Shown here: one piece after another, positions 9,881 to 19,335 of the stretch
Position numbering within the stretch: position 1 is the stretch's first letter
Layout of the letters: each line of letters opens with the position of its first letter
Translations under genes and position numbers: made by a program
NCBI GenBank assembly: GCA_022711335.1
Contig: JAKLFF010000001.1
Coordinates: 259,016 to 323,015, forward strand
Length of the DNA stretch: 64,000 nt
Origin: Patescibacteria group bacterium
Lineage (GTDB): Bacteria > Patescibacteriota > Minisyncoccia > Moranbacterales > UBA2206
Reading direction: 5' to 3'
Notes under the pieces: model-generated
Database searches by the model: none
Told to the model about the DNA's origin: nothing
Seen by the model: only the letters and a program-made list of their open reading frames with translations

Positions 9881-10089
9881 AAACGTTTGAAGAATAGTTT
9901 GATGCGAATTCTCAGTTTGGTCCGCCTCGGCAAAGTTATGACCCGCCTGGTGATATTTTCCCTCTCCATCATTCCGATGCGCCGTCTTTTTTCTTCCAGC
10001 AGCAAATCGGAAGAAATCTCCAAGTTTTCTTCGGAATCACTCAGCTTGGGCGGACGAAGTTTTCTCCGGTAGAATTTTGGCTCTGACAT
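9856..10089 (-). CDS. Hypothetical small basic (K/R-rich) protein
   Basis: 77-aa ORF overlapping ParB-MTase start by 25 nt; no recognisable domain. Confidence 0.25.
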   Translation of the reverse strand: MSEPKFYRRKLRPPKLSDSEENLEISSDLLLEEKRRRIGMMERENITRRVITLPRRTKLRIRIKLFFKRLWVKMKKR

Positions 10090-10335
10090 ATTCTTCTTCG
10101 ATTAATTTTTTTGTTGTTAAAATGGCGTGTTCGACTTTTTCGATCCGCTCCCCGTATTCAGCCGTCACTTCTTTTTTGGTTTTCTGTCCGTCAAGGCTGA
10201 ACGGATTGAGACGCGGAATAATCACGTCATCGTCTTTGCGGCCTTCCAGATTGCGAATGGCAATCTCGAGCCGCAATTTTTCTTCAAGCAGTGAGTCGTG
10301 AATCGACTCCAAAGTTTCCAGTCTCGTTTTCATAT
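10037..10335 (-). CDS. Hypothetical coiled-coil protein (~99 aa from internal Met MKTRLETLES...)
   Basis: ORF-track 176-aa version overlaps the upstream nuclease-like gene in another frame; internal ATG at ~10335 gives ATGA overlap with upstream stop, so shorter form preferred. Confidence 0.3.
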
Positions 10336-10635
10336 GATTGAGATTTCGAATTTGGTTATTTTCTCGTTCCACCGCCAGTATTCTTTTGTTGTGCCCGGCG
10401 GTTTGGGAAAAGCGAGCATTCTTTCTTGATCCGATCTTGAACGGGAACTGAAGCGTTCCGTACTGACTTGGATGAACCGGATTTCTTTCTTGCCGACCGC
10501 CACCAGATCCCAGCACCCGAAAAGATCCTGGGGCTGAAATTTGGCGCGACGCGCTTTTTCGATCCAATAGCCTTCCCGCGCGATGATCTCCTGCGCTTTC
10601 TGCTCGATCAATTTTCCTTTTTGTGTTCGATTCAT
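10330..10635 (-). CDS. Small restriction-endonuclease-fold (PD-(D/E)xK / Hjc-like) nuclease candidate
   Basis: 101 aa: ...AQEIIAREGYWIEKARRAKFQPQDLFGCWDLVAVGKKEIRFIQVS... resembles Hjc/VRR-NUC arrangement (E ... D-hydrophobic-VA ... E/Q-x-K). Weak. Confidence 0.3.
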   Translation of the reverse strand: MNRTQKGKLIEQKAQEIIAREGYWIEKARRAKFQPQDLFGCWDLVAVGKKEIRFIQVSTERFSSRSRSDQERMLAFPKPPGTTKEYWRWNEKITKFEISII

Positions 10636-10703
10636 AATTATTTACGACGACGAATTTTGTTTATTTGTTCCGTCCGTAGCGGCAAAAAGTCGCCGTTTTC
10701 GAA

Positions 10704-10985
10704 TTAGAGCGCGGCTGACAACGGTCTCTCGCTGCGAGGCATGTCCGGCACATCCAGCCGTACACTGACCCTAGCCTTGCTTCTGCGACCGACAAGATTC
10801 ATGACCGAGCGGATCGCTTTTATCGCGCGTCCGTCTTTCCCGATTACGATTCCGGCGTCGCTTTGGTCAAGCTTCACCGAAAGCAGCACTCCCATCTCAT
10901 CGACATGCCTTGAAACCTCAATCTTTTCCGGATAGGTAACGATGGCACGAAGGATTTCCTCCAATAAACTTTGATCCTGTTCCAT
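10704..10985 (-). CDS. KH-domain RNA-binding protein (KhpA/YlqC-like, UPF0109), island-borne paralog
   Basis: 93 aa: LLEEILRAIVTYPEKIEVSRHVDEMGVLLSVKLDQSDAGIVIGKDGRAIKAIRSVMNLVG..., same fold/pattern as second copy at 28335..28655. Confidence 0.65.
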   Translation of the reverse strand: MEQDQSLLEEILRAIVTYPEKIEVSRHVDEMGVLLSVKLDQSDAGIVIGKDGRAIKAIRSVMNLVGRRSKARVSVRLDVPDMPRSERPLSAAL

Positions 10986-11095
10986 AGAGTTTAATTTTTC
11001 TTTATTATTTTTTTATCTTTTCACTGCCTGTCGACCGCAGGCAAAGATACGGCTTGGCCGCATCTGAAGAATCGGGACACTCCGTTCCGAACGCT

Positions 11096-12445
11096 TCAGG
11101 CGTTGCCAATATTTTCATCGGCTGTTTTTATCGCTCTCATAATTTCCATCGCCACCTGCGGAACAATCGCATTTCCAAGAGCCTTCAGCCTTTCTACTCT
11201 GTGTCTTGATTTCGTGAGTTCAAATCCGTCCAATTCTGCGGGTAACCCATCATCCACTCCACAAAGTTCGGCTGCAACTTCAAGCCAGCTTCTTTCCCAA
11301 CTTCTTCGTTCAAAACCTTTCCGCCTTTTCGGTTCGGACGGCTTCCCGGGTTTCCGGCTCTCGGCGTAGGTAATATGGCCAACACATCTTTCACTTTCAC
11401 GCCGAATCTCACACCTTTCCGGTTTACTCGGCTCCATCGTCCGTTTTTCAATTCCGCATTTTTTACCGGAGCGCCTTCCTTTTCGCTTACTCTCGGTGTC
11501 GGAAGCAAGGCATTTATCGCTTCCTGAACTTGTTCTCCCATGTTGTGTTTTCCTCGGTCTCTCATCGCCGCCCGACTGTCCTGCGCTTTCGGTGTTCCGA
11601 GCAGTTTCGGCCACAAATGTGTCTTTCTTAAGTCGCTCGCCCCTCCTGCCAAAAGCTGTTCGTAAAGATTGCCGGGCGGAACCGTATGTCGTCCCGTTTT
11701 GTTTCTGCTCTTCTCGCGTTTTAGATAGCTTTCGGCACTTTTTCTTTCGATCGGACTTATCGCCGAGGGCGTGAGCAACAAACCAGATTCTGTCTCTTCG
11801 GTGCGGAGCGTTGACGGATACAGCTGGAATAATAAACGGCTGGACTTCGTAACCGGAATTTTCCAAGTCAGAACACACTTGTTCGAATACCAGGCCGTTT
11901 TGCATAGTAAGCAATCCGCGCACGTTTTCAGCGATAACCCAACGCGGCTTGACCAATCGGATGACTCGAAGCATTTCCGGCCAGAGATAGCGGTCATCAT
12001 CCGTGCCTCGTCTCTTTCCCGCCTGGGAAAATGGCTGACACGGGAAACCTCCCGTGAGGAGGTCAACACGTCCCTCAGATTCATCGAGTGCTTGCTTCCC
12101 GGCTTTTGCTGGGTTGATTTTCTTTTTCCCACCTGCGAATCCGTTGCTGTCGGAGTCGGAATCATATCTTGCTTTGAATATCCGTTCAGCTTTATTTTCA
12201 AATAATTGTCTATCCCTACCTGTTTGCTGTTTTTCCCGCGGCTTTTGTAATCCGTTCCAGTCGGAGTCGGCAACAATTTTGATTTCTTTGATGTCTTCAT
12301 AAATTTTTGATTTCGGGAATCTTAATTTTAATAGTTCCCGGCAGTAGCGATCGTTGTCGCAGAAAATATGTTCCGCCCCGGGCCAAATCTCTTCGACCGC
12401 CAGAGCGAATCCGCCGATGCCGGAAAATAAGTCGAGGTGTCTCAT
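11096..12445 (-). pseudogene. DNA (cytosine-5)-methyltransferase, reading frame split: motifs I-VIII in one frame, TRD and motif IX in another, motif X back in first frame
   Basis: Frame A (449 aa): LDLFSGIGGF (I), GGFPCQPFSQAG (IV), ENV (VI), RRDRIWFVAHA (VIII), then low-complexity R/K/E/S text, then LKALGNAIVPQVA (X). Frame B (11194..12300): protein-like TRD text with LLPTPTGTDYKSRGK / MIPTPTATD / LLPTPRVSE / ILPTPRAGNPG (PTLTARDYKGG-like TRD starts) and FVEWMMGYPQNWTDL (motif IX) ending at a TAG 18 nt before motif X in frame A. Verified by manual translation of 11161..11280 and 11741..11800. Confidence 0.6.
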
Positions 12446-13380
12446 GTGTTTTTGTCGCGCGAAATAACCATCGCTTTCTTGAGTTTTTTGAGCGCTTCGA
12501 CCATGGCGTTCATTTTTTCCGATTCGTTTCCGGTGTTGGAATTTTTGCGACCGTTATATCTGAGGGCGGTCCGTTCCAGGTTTCCATAAAAGCCGTACTG
12601 GCGGGAACCGGCTTTTATAAAATCCCTGATCACTTCTCTGCACAATGCGGCGCCCAGACTCGGACTCATTTCTTTTTTGTTTTCAAGAAACCACACGAGT
12701 TCCAGTTCCAGTTGAAACTCGGTCAAATGTTCAAGGGCGAGTTTCAACAGATTGCCGTCTTTGTATTTCACCAAGACCGGTTTGGTTTTTCTGATTGCCT
12801 GACACAGCTGTCCGAACTTCCAGAGAAAATATCTTGATGGAATTGTTTTTTTATTTCTGGCAAGCTTGCTTGTCCTATAGGACTTCTTTGTAAAACCGGT
12901 TTCTTTTGTAGCCCGAAAATTTTTCGCCCGAAGAATTTTCGGGGGTTGTGGATAACTTCCCGGCGCTCCGACCAATTTTCCCACCCCCGAACTTTCTTCG
13001 AGGGTAGTTTGCTCGGGGTGTTTCAGGCTCAACCGATAGAAAATTTTTCCGCCGCACTTCATCCTCTTTTGCGGCGAATCCAGCAGGTTACCCCATTCGT
13101 CGTGAGCCTGAATGATTCTCAGTTCATCGACCAATCGCTTGAGAGAATTTTGAATGGCCCGGTCGCTACGGTTTATTTTCTTCATCAGCTGACTCTGGCT
13201 TATCCAGTCTTTTTCTTTTCTTCGTTTGGTTTCCGGATCCTCTATCCATCCCAGCGTTTGGTCGGCCACCACCAGAAGAATCCGCAGTTCCACATCGCCA
13301 AGAAGAGGCATCCATCGGCGAATGATAAGATGCGGGATTTGAGTCGTATTGGGAATGATTGATTGTATTTCTGTTTCCAT
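12442..13380 (-). CDS. Winged-helix DNA-binding protein, putative replication initiator/replisome organiser of the phage-like module
   Basis: 312 aa; N-terminal wHTH-like (LRILLVVADQTLGW...ISQSQLMKKINRSDRAIQNSLKRLVDELRII); position between MTase and small early-type genes. Confidence 0.3.
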   Translation of the reverse strand: METEIQSIIPNTTQIPHLIIRRWMPLLGDVELRILLVVADQTLGWIEDPETKRRKEKDWISQSQLMKKINRSDRAIQNSLKRLVDELRIIQAHDEWGNLLDSPQKRMKCGGKIFYRLSLKHPEQTTLEESSGVGKLVGAPGSYPQPPKILRAKNFRATKETGFTKKSYRTSKLARNKKTIPSRYFLWKFGQLCQAIRKTKPVLVKYKDGNLLKLALEHLTEFQLELELVWFLENKKEMSPSLGAALCREVIRDFIKAGSRQYGFYGNLERTALRYNGRKNSNTGNESEKMNAMVEALKKLKKAMVISRDKNT

Positions 13381-13455
13381 GTTTTTTTTGATGAAAGGGA
13401 AACAGCCCTCTGTTTCCGTACCGATTTTTTATAATCGGTAAACTATTCGGGGCTG

Positions 13456-13701
13456 TTAGAAATAAATCGGGAAATGAGCTTTGATATCTTCTTCCGCTTC
13501 TTCCTGTTCATGCAGATCATCGGGATCGGGATCGACCTGTCCCGAGCCGTTGCAAGCTTTGCAACATTTCCCTCCTGTTTCTCCGGTTCCGTCGCATTCC
13601 CAGCAATCACGCTTGTCGCCGGACAGAATATATTGGCGGATTTTTTCTTCCCTCAGTTCCTCGGGAAGCTCGTCCCATTCGAGATTGAATGCGTATGTCA
13701 T
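13456..13701 (-). CDS. Small DnaJ-type zinc-finger protein (two CxxCxGxG repeats), acidic C-terminus
   Basis: 81 aa: CWECDGTGETGGKCCKACNGSGQ. Confidence 0.5.
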   Translation of the reverse strand: MTYAFNLEWDELPEELREEKIRQYILSGDKRDCWECDGTGETGGKCCKACNGSGQVDPDPDDLHEQEEAEEDIKAHFPIYF

Positions 13702-13702
13702 A

Positions 13703-14077
13703 TCAATAGCTGGCTACTATCGTGCAAGGCTCTTTGGTCTCCTTTTCCTTTTGCTCACACAATTTCACGAAATCAATGAAACTTTTTTTAATTCTGTCGA
13801 GTTGCTTCTTTCTGACTTCCTTGTAAAGCCGCTTCTCTCGTATTTCGACCAGTTCGAGAGTTCGCGGCAACCGTTGGCGCAAAACTTCGGCCGGTATCTT
13901 CGCTTCTCCTTTTTTGGCGAACACTTCCTGGAAGAGGTAATGTGTCGCGTAAGGATCGCCTCGATAAGCTTCCCGGAGATATCCGAAGTGTCCGTGCACG
14001 GCGGAGAATCCGGTAAACTGCGCTTGTACCTGTTTGGGCGTCTGGTTTTTCCAGCGCGCGTAAATGTCTATTCCCAT
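13703..14077 (-). CDS. Hypothetical protein
   Basis: 124-aa ORF, no recognisable motif; tightly packed (2-nt gap) with downstream Zn-finger gene. Confidence 0.4.
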   Translation of the reverse strand: MGIDIYARWKNQTPKQVQAQFTGFSAVHGHFGYLREAYRGDPYATHYLFQEVFAKKGEAKIPAEVLRQRLPRTLELVEIREKRLYKEVRKKQLDRIKKSFIDFVKLCEQKEKETKEPCTIVASY

Positions 14078-14082
14078 AATGT

Positions 14083-14345
14083 TTAATCCTCGGCAGGCTT
14101 CCGGATCCGATTCAAGCTTTCCGACTGAATCGAAGTCCGGACACCTGGTTCAATTTTCTTTTTATCCTCGACCCGGTTCGACTTCCGAAGTCGTATTTCG
14201 TCCGACAGGTACTCAATCTGGATTCGGTCACCCATTTTCCATTGGTAGCGATCCGTCAGCCATTTTCCCTCAAGGATCACCGCCGGAATTCCGTACCTGC
14301 GGTAGGTGACTGTGCGAGTCGGCTTAAGCTCCTTCACTGAAGGAT
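14083..14345 (-). CDS. AbrB/MazE/SpoVT-like swapped-hairpin DNA-binding protein (start uncertain, probably non-ATG)
   Basis: C-terminal ...YGIPAVILEGKWLTDRYQWKMGDRIQIEYLSDEIRLRK matches AbrB-type fold; ORF-track 158-aa N-terminal extension looks non-coding. Confidence 0.3.
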
Positions 14346-14570
14346 GCCCAACACCGCCTCTGCCTGGACTTGCCAGAACGGACTCCAGTATCCGCTCTGT
14401 CTTTCCGCGATAATTTGCCCGAGCGATATGAAGAGAATCATCATGTCCAGCATCACCAGAAAAGTTATTACTTGCGTGATGGAGACCAATGTTTTCTTCG
14501 CGTGCTCGAAAGTGATTGCGGTCATGCGTTTGGCTGATCGCCGGCCATGCGCTGTGCATTCGGCCGGCGA

Positions 14571-14897
14571 CTAGTTAAGTTGTTTTTTGACTTCAACGAG
14601 CAGAGCTTTCCTGATCTGCTCGAAGACATAACCGGCCGCTTCCATTCCCGATTCTTCATCCGTGAAGTTGGTTGAGAGCTTTCCCATCAGTTCCCCGACC
14701 TCGTCGGAAATGGTTTCGTCCAAGTCGGAAGCCAGCAATTCGGCTTTCGCCCTGATTCGGTCCATCATCACTTTTCCGCGCACTTCATCGCGTATGACTT
14801 TTTTGACTTGAGTTGGATTTTTCATACTCGTGCTTGTCAACTTATGTAAACTTATGGCGGACTCTGGCGCCGCTTGCCTCGACCTTCCGACGAGCAA
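14571..14897 (-). CDS. Hypothetical protein (possibly starting at internal Met MKNPTQVKK)
   Basis: 108-aa ORF at the distal edge of the phage-like module. Confidence 0.3.
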   Translation of the reverse strand: MLVGRSRQAAPESAISLHKLTSTSMKNPTQVKKVIRDEVRGKVMMDRIRAKAELLASDLDETISDEVGELMGKLSTNFTDEESGMEAAGYVFEQIRKALLVEVKKQLN

Positions 14898-14930
14898 CTT
14901 TTATTTTCGGGATACGGAGTTTTCGGCATA

Positions 14931-14965
14931 GAAAAAACCCAGTCTTTCGACTGGGTTTTGCTTCT
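14931..14965. terminator. Bidirectional intrinsic terminator (aaaaaacccagtc-tttcg-actgggttttgc) downstream of secA
   Basis: Perfect stem flanked by A-run and T-run. Confidence 0.6.
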
Positions 14966-15008
14966 TTACGTACACTTATCGCGCAGAAGTTAACTTATTT
15001 TTCAGCTC

Positions 15009-17756
15009 CTACTTCCCATGACACTTCTTATATTTCTTTCCCGATCCGCACGGGCATGAGTCATTCCTGCCGACTTTATCTTTATTTATTATCGGCGCTT
15101 GTTTGGTTTCTTCTTTTGCGCTTCCGCCTTCATTTTGAACATTCTTGGCTGCGCCGAATTGTTCCACTTCTTGGGCACCTTTATATGTCAGATTTTTCGG
15201 CTGCGCAGCTTCTTCCTGGTTTGAGGAAACTAACGTTACTTTGAAAATCGTGCGGGCAATGGTTGAGCGGATATTGTCTATAAGGCCGGAAAACATGTGA
15301 AACGCTTCCCGCTTATATTCAATCAAAGGATCTCTCTGTCCATAGCCTCGAAGACCGATACCTTCCCGAAGATAATCAATTTCATCCAAGTGGTTCATCC
15401 ACATATTGTCAATCGTCTGGAGCATAATTGCTTTTTCAATCGCCCGCATGGTTTCCACTCCGATTTCCTGCTCTTTTTTGTTATAATTTTCCTTGGCGAT
15501 ACCGTTCAGATATTCCGTGATGGCGCTTATTTTTTCGGCAGCATTCTTATTTTTGTCATTTATATATTCTTCAATTTTTTTAGAAATCGAATCGTCTGCC
15601 GGCATGATGTTTTTGACATTTTCGAAAATTTCTTTCGAGTCGCAATTTTCTTCGGTTTCCGCGCAATTTATCGCCACGACTTTTTCAATTTCTTCTTTCA
15701 CGTTTTCCAGCATTTCTGATTTGGCGTCTTTTATCTCAAGTATTTCTCTTCGTTTTTTGTAAACCACTTCCCGCTGCTTATTCATCACATCGTCATAATC
15801 CAAGACGTGCTTCCTTATATCAAAGTTGAATCCTTCAATTTTAGATTGAGCATTTTCAATAGTCTTGGAAATAATTTTGTTCTGAATCGGCTGATCTTCC
15901 GGAAGCCCCATCTTATCCATGAGGCTGTATAATTTGTCCCCTCCAAACCGCCTCATTAGCTCGTCTTCAAGAGAAACATAAAATTCGGAAACGCCTGGAT
16001 CACCCTGCCGTCCGGCACGGCCCCGAAGCTGATTGTCAATTCTTCTGGCTTCGTGCCGTTCCGTTCCAATTATGAATAATCCACCAACTTCTTTCACTCC
16101 CTCGCCCAGTTTAATATCCGTTCCCCGGCCAGCCATATTTGTTGCAATTGTCACTGATCCCCGCTCCCCAGCCTTTGCTACGATAATTGCTTCTTTTTCA
16201 TGCTGTTTGGCGTTCAAAACTTCGTGTTTTACTCCAAAGCGCGAAAGGAGCGCGCTCAAATATTCTGATTTTTCAATAGCGATCGTTCCCACAAGAACTG
16301 GCTGGCCGGTTTTATTAAGCTCTTTTATTTTTTCGCAAATTGCATTGAATTTCCCTTTTTCTGATTTATACACTACATCTGGGAGGTCTTTTCTGATCAT
16401 CGGCTGGTTAGTCGGAATTTCCATGACTTCCAGTTTATATACCTTAAAGAGCTCTTCGGCTGAAGTGGTAGCGGTTCCGGTCATTCCGGATATTTTTTTA
16501 TACATCCTGAAATAGTTCTGAAAAGTGATTGTCGCCAAAGTCCTCGATTCTTTCTGCACGCGTACGCCTTCTTTCGCTTCAATGGCCTGGTGCAATCCCT
16601 CGCTATAACGCCGACCCGGCATAATTCTTCCGGTAAAATCATCAACGATTATCACCTCTCCATCTTTTACCACATAATCCCGGTCAATTTGAAAAATAAT
16701 CTGGGCTTTCAAGGCCTGTTCTAAGTGGTGAACATAGTTTATTTTCCCGGCCTCGTAAATATTTTTTACTCCAAGCCAGGATTCTATCTTGGAAATGCCG
16801 GCATCCGAAATGGAAACAGCTTTCATTTTCTCGTCCACTTCAAAATCTTCTCCGCGCTTGAGGCGAGGAACAAGAAAGGCAAACTGCTGGTACATTTTGG
16901 TTGATTCAGAATCCGGAGCGGAAATAATAAGCGGAGTCCTGGCTTCATCAATTAAAATTGAGTCTACTTCGTCCACAATCACATAATTGGGTTCGCGCTG
17001 AACCATCTGTGTCAGGTTTTGGACCATATTGTCGCGGAGATAATCAAAACCGAATTCATTATTGGTACCGTAAGTTATATCTGCCGCATAAGCTTCTCGC
17101 CTAGTGATCGGTTTCAAATTTTCCATTTCAACCGTAACTTCGTCGCTGTCAACTATTTTTGGTTCATAAACATAGGACGCGTCATGAACGATGCAAGCCG
17201 TGGAAATTCCCAAAAAATGAAGAATTGATCCCATCCAGTTGGCGTCTCTTTTGGCCAGATAGTCATTGACTGTAACAAGATGCACGCCTTTTCTTGTCAG
17301 CGCGTTTAGATACATAGGCAAAAGAGCGGTGTGAGTTTTTCCTTCTCCGGTTTTCATTTCCGCAATCTTTCCCTGGTGAAGCACCATGCCGCCCATCATC
17401 TGCACATCAAAAAGCCTTTTTTGGTCGACTCTTTTAACCGCTTCCCGGACAACCGCAAAAGCCTCCGGAAGAATATCGTCCAGAGTTTCATTATTTTTGA
17501 GGCGTTTTCTGAATTCTTCAGTTTTCGCTTTCAATTCCTCGTCCGCCAGCTTCGCTATTTCCGGCTCATATGAATTGATTTTTTCCACAATCGGCCGAAG
17601 TTTGGACACTTCCCTTTCATTAGAACCGAAGATTTTCTTGAATAATGACATGATTTTATAACAAACAAACAATTCAGCCGCGTTATAGCTGATTTTCTTG
17701 ATTATATTACTATTTTTCAGCCTACTTATTCTACTTAAAATAACCCTTTCAGTCAA
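15009..17756 (-). CDS. secA: Preprotein translocase ATPase SecA
   Basis: 915 aa with DEAD motor, preprotein cross-linking domain and C-terminal zinc-binding CPCGSGKKYKKCHGK. Confidence 0.97.
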   Translation of the reverse strand: MTERVILSRISRLKNSNIIKKISYNAAELFVCYKIMSLFKKIFGSNEREVSKLRPIVEKINSYEPEIAKLADEELKAKTEEFRKRLKNNETLDDILPEAFAVVREAVKRVDQKRLFDVQMMGGMVLHQGKIAEMKTGEGKTHTALLPMYLNALTRKGVHLVTVNDYLAKRDANWMGSILHFLGISTACIVHDASYVYEPKIVDSDEVTVEMENLKPITRREAYAADITYGTNNEFGFDYLRDNMVQNLTQMVQREPNYVIVDEVDSILIDEARTPLIISAPDSESTKMYQQFAFLVPRLKRGEDFEVDEKMKAVSISDAGISKIESWLGVKNIYEAGKINYVHHLEQALKAQIIFQIDRDYVVKDGEVIIVDDFTGRIMPGRRYSEGLHQAIEAKEGVRVQKESRTLATITFQNYFRMYKKISGMTGTATTSAEELFKVYKLEVMEIPTNQPMIRKDLPDVVYKSEKGKFNAICEKIKELNKTGQPVLVGTIAIEKSEYLSALLSRFGVKHEVLNAKQHEKEAIIVAKAGERGSVTIATNMAGRGTDIKLGEGVKEVGGLFIIGTERHEARRIDNQLRGRAGRQGDPGVSEFYVSLEDELMRRFGGDKLYSLMDKMGLPEDQPIQNKIISKTIENAQSKIEGFNFDIRKHVLDYDDVMNKQREVVYKKRREILEIKDAKSEMLENVKEEIEKVVAINCAETEENCDSKEIFENVKNIMPADDSISKKIEEYINDKNKNAAEKISAITEYLNGIAKENYNKKEQEIGVETMRAIEKAIMLQTIDNMWMNHLDEIDYLREGIGLRGYGQRDPLIEYKREAFHMFSGLIDNIRSTIARTIFKVTLVSSNQEEAAQPKNLTYKGAQEVEQFGAAKNVQNEGGSAKEETKQAPIINKDKVGRNDSCPCGSGKKYKKCHGK

Positions 17757-17764
17757 AAGCCTGC

Positions 17765-18373
17765 TTATCTTATAAATCTAAATGTTGAAAACACCAGCTC
17801 AAAATCTTTTGGCAATCCATCTATGGACCTAAGGATATAGAGGCGTCCATCCTTTACCGCTGCCCATTTCTGAGTTACGCATTCGAACTTTCCGCAACTG
17901 GAAAGGGCGTATCCCTTTTCTCCGTCAATCACAATTTCCTCTTTGTTAAGCGATCTTCCTCCTTCGAGATCCTTAGCAAGAGCTTTTTTCAGCATTGCAT
18001 CAAGGTCATAATTTTTTCCAGTTGGAATGACTTTTATCTCAAACGGGATAATAACATCGCTTGATATAGGAAGAGATATCATAACATCATCCAGATTCTT
18101 GTCATTCACAGTCATTGCCTTGGAAAATTTTATTTTATATCCATACTTGTAATTTTTGTATTCCAGCCAATCTTTGGTCAAATCTTCAGAGGAAACTTTC
18201 TCATTTTTTGCAGCTTCACTTTTTTCCAACTCAGTCTTTTTTATTGCCTCTTTTACGACATTAATTTCTCCAGGAGCTTCAACATCGTTTATCTTAAAAA
18301 GAAAAAAAGCGAAAACTGAGGCCGTAAACAGGATGATCGCAATTGCAACCGGGGGATTTATTTTTTTGTTCAT
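17765..18373 (-). CDS. Hypothetical exported/membrane-anchored protein
   Basis: 202 aa with N-terminal TM/signal anchor. Confidence 0.5.
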   Translation of the reverse strand: MNKKINPPVAIAIILFTASVFAFFLFKINDVEAPGEINVVKEAIKKTELEKSEAAKNEKVSSEDLTKDWLEYKNYKYGYKIKFSKAMTVNDKNLDDVMISLPISSDVIIPFEIKVIPTGKNYDLDAMLKKALAKDLEGGRSLNKEEIVIDGEKGYALSSCGKFECVTQKWAAVKDGRLYILRSIDGLPKDFELVFSTFRFIR

Positions 18374-18454
18374 TTTTGTTTTTACCCTGTTAAGTAAATT
18401 TTGCGGAGCAAAATTATTTTTCTAGAAGAAAAACTACTTAACAGGGTGAATATT

Positions 18455-19285
18455 TTATTCAATAAACTTAAAGCTCTCCAAAATTTTATTTATATTTTCT
18501 TTTGTTTCCTTGCCGATTTCAATCTTAACCACTCTGGATTTGTCGGAATTTATGGCATAATTTCCCTCGCCTTCGCATTCCACGTCATCAGACGCTGGCT
18601 TTGCCAGTTTTGAATCATATGATCCAACCTTGATAGATGCATCAGTGAAGACGCAATCAGATTCGGTTTCTATGTCAAAATGGCTTATATACCAGGCACT
18701 GAAATCTTTCTTGCTTTTATTGTCATAAAATCTGATTTTCCAGGAAACCTTATCTTGAGTAACTGTGATAAGCTTATTCCCTTCTGAAATTGACGCGCTG
18801 TCGGGATAATCAAAATTTATCTTCAATTCGGCACTTTCAAATTTATTCGTGCCTTCATCTTTTTCCATTTCATCAGTGGTATCGCTTTCATCTGCGCTTT
18901 CGCTTTCGTTTTCTGTTTCAGTTTTCGAAGCTGCATCAGTTTGAGCTTGAACTGGGGGACTCTGCACTGTTTGAGATGATTGAGCCTGGCTTTTGGAAGC
19001 AGCTGCCTTATTTTCAGTGATAGCTTTGGAATTTACGGGATTTTTAATAAGCTCGGCTTCAAGATTTTTTTTCACTTCAGCGGCATCAGAATCGCTCATT
19101 ACCCATTTTATCAGAACAAAAACAAAAATGACGATAGAAACAACAAAAACCAAAACCAGATACGATTCGTATTTTTTGCCAAATCCCTGCGTTTTTATAA
19201 TTGGCATCGCGGCTTCGACGCTGCTTTTTTTGATATCAGAACCTCGCTTCTTAATGTCCATGTTTTTAGGCTGGTAGTGATTCAT
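18455..19285 (-). CDS. Hypothetical membrane-anchored S/T/Q/E-rich protein
   Basis: 276 aa; TM near N-terminus, low-complexity acidic linker, C-terminal globular part. Confidence 0.5.
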   Translation of the reverse strand: MNHYQPKNMDIKKRGSDIKKSSVEAAMPIIKTQGFGKKYESYLVLVFVVSIVIFVFVLIKWVMSDSDAAEVKKNLEAELIKNPVNSKAITENKAAASKSQAQSSQTVQSPPVQAQTDAASKTETENESESADESDTTDEMEKDEGTNKFESAELKINFDYPDSASISEGNKLITVTQDKVSWKIRFYDNKSKKDFSAWYISHFDIETESDCVFTDASIKVGSYDSKLAKPASDDVECEGEGNYAINSDKSRVVKIEIGKETKENINKILESFKFIE

Positions 19286-19335
19286 ATTATACCACTAAAG
19301 AGGGATATCTCTCAAAAGCAGCTTTTGCAAAAGGA

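Noticed and set aside
11194-12300. 368-aa minus-strand ORF treated as an independent gene
   Set aside because: Its 3' third contains the genuine TRD and motif IX of the C5-MTase, so it is a frame segment of the disrupted MTase. Its 5' part overlaps frame-A motifs IV-VIII and is out-of-frame there. It is described under the MTase pseudogene rather than as a separate CDS.
16033-16515. 160-aa plus-strand ORF and other ORFs antisense to secA (15297..15762, 16789..17661)
   Set aside because: secA on the minus strand is unambiguous; these are shadow ORFs.
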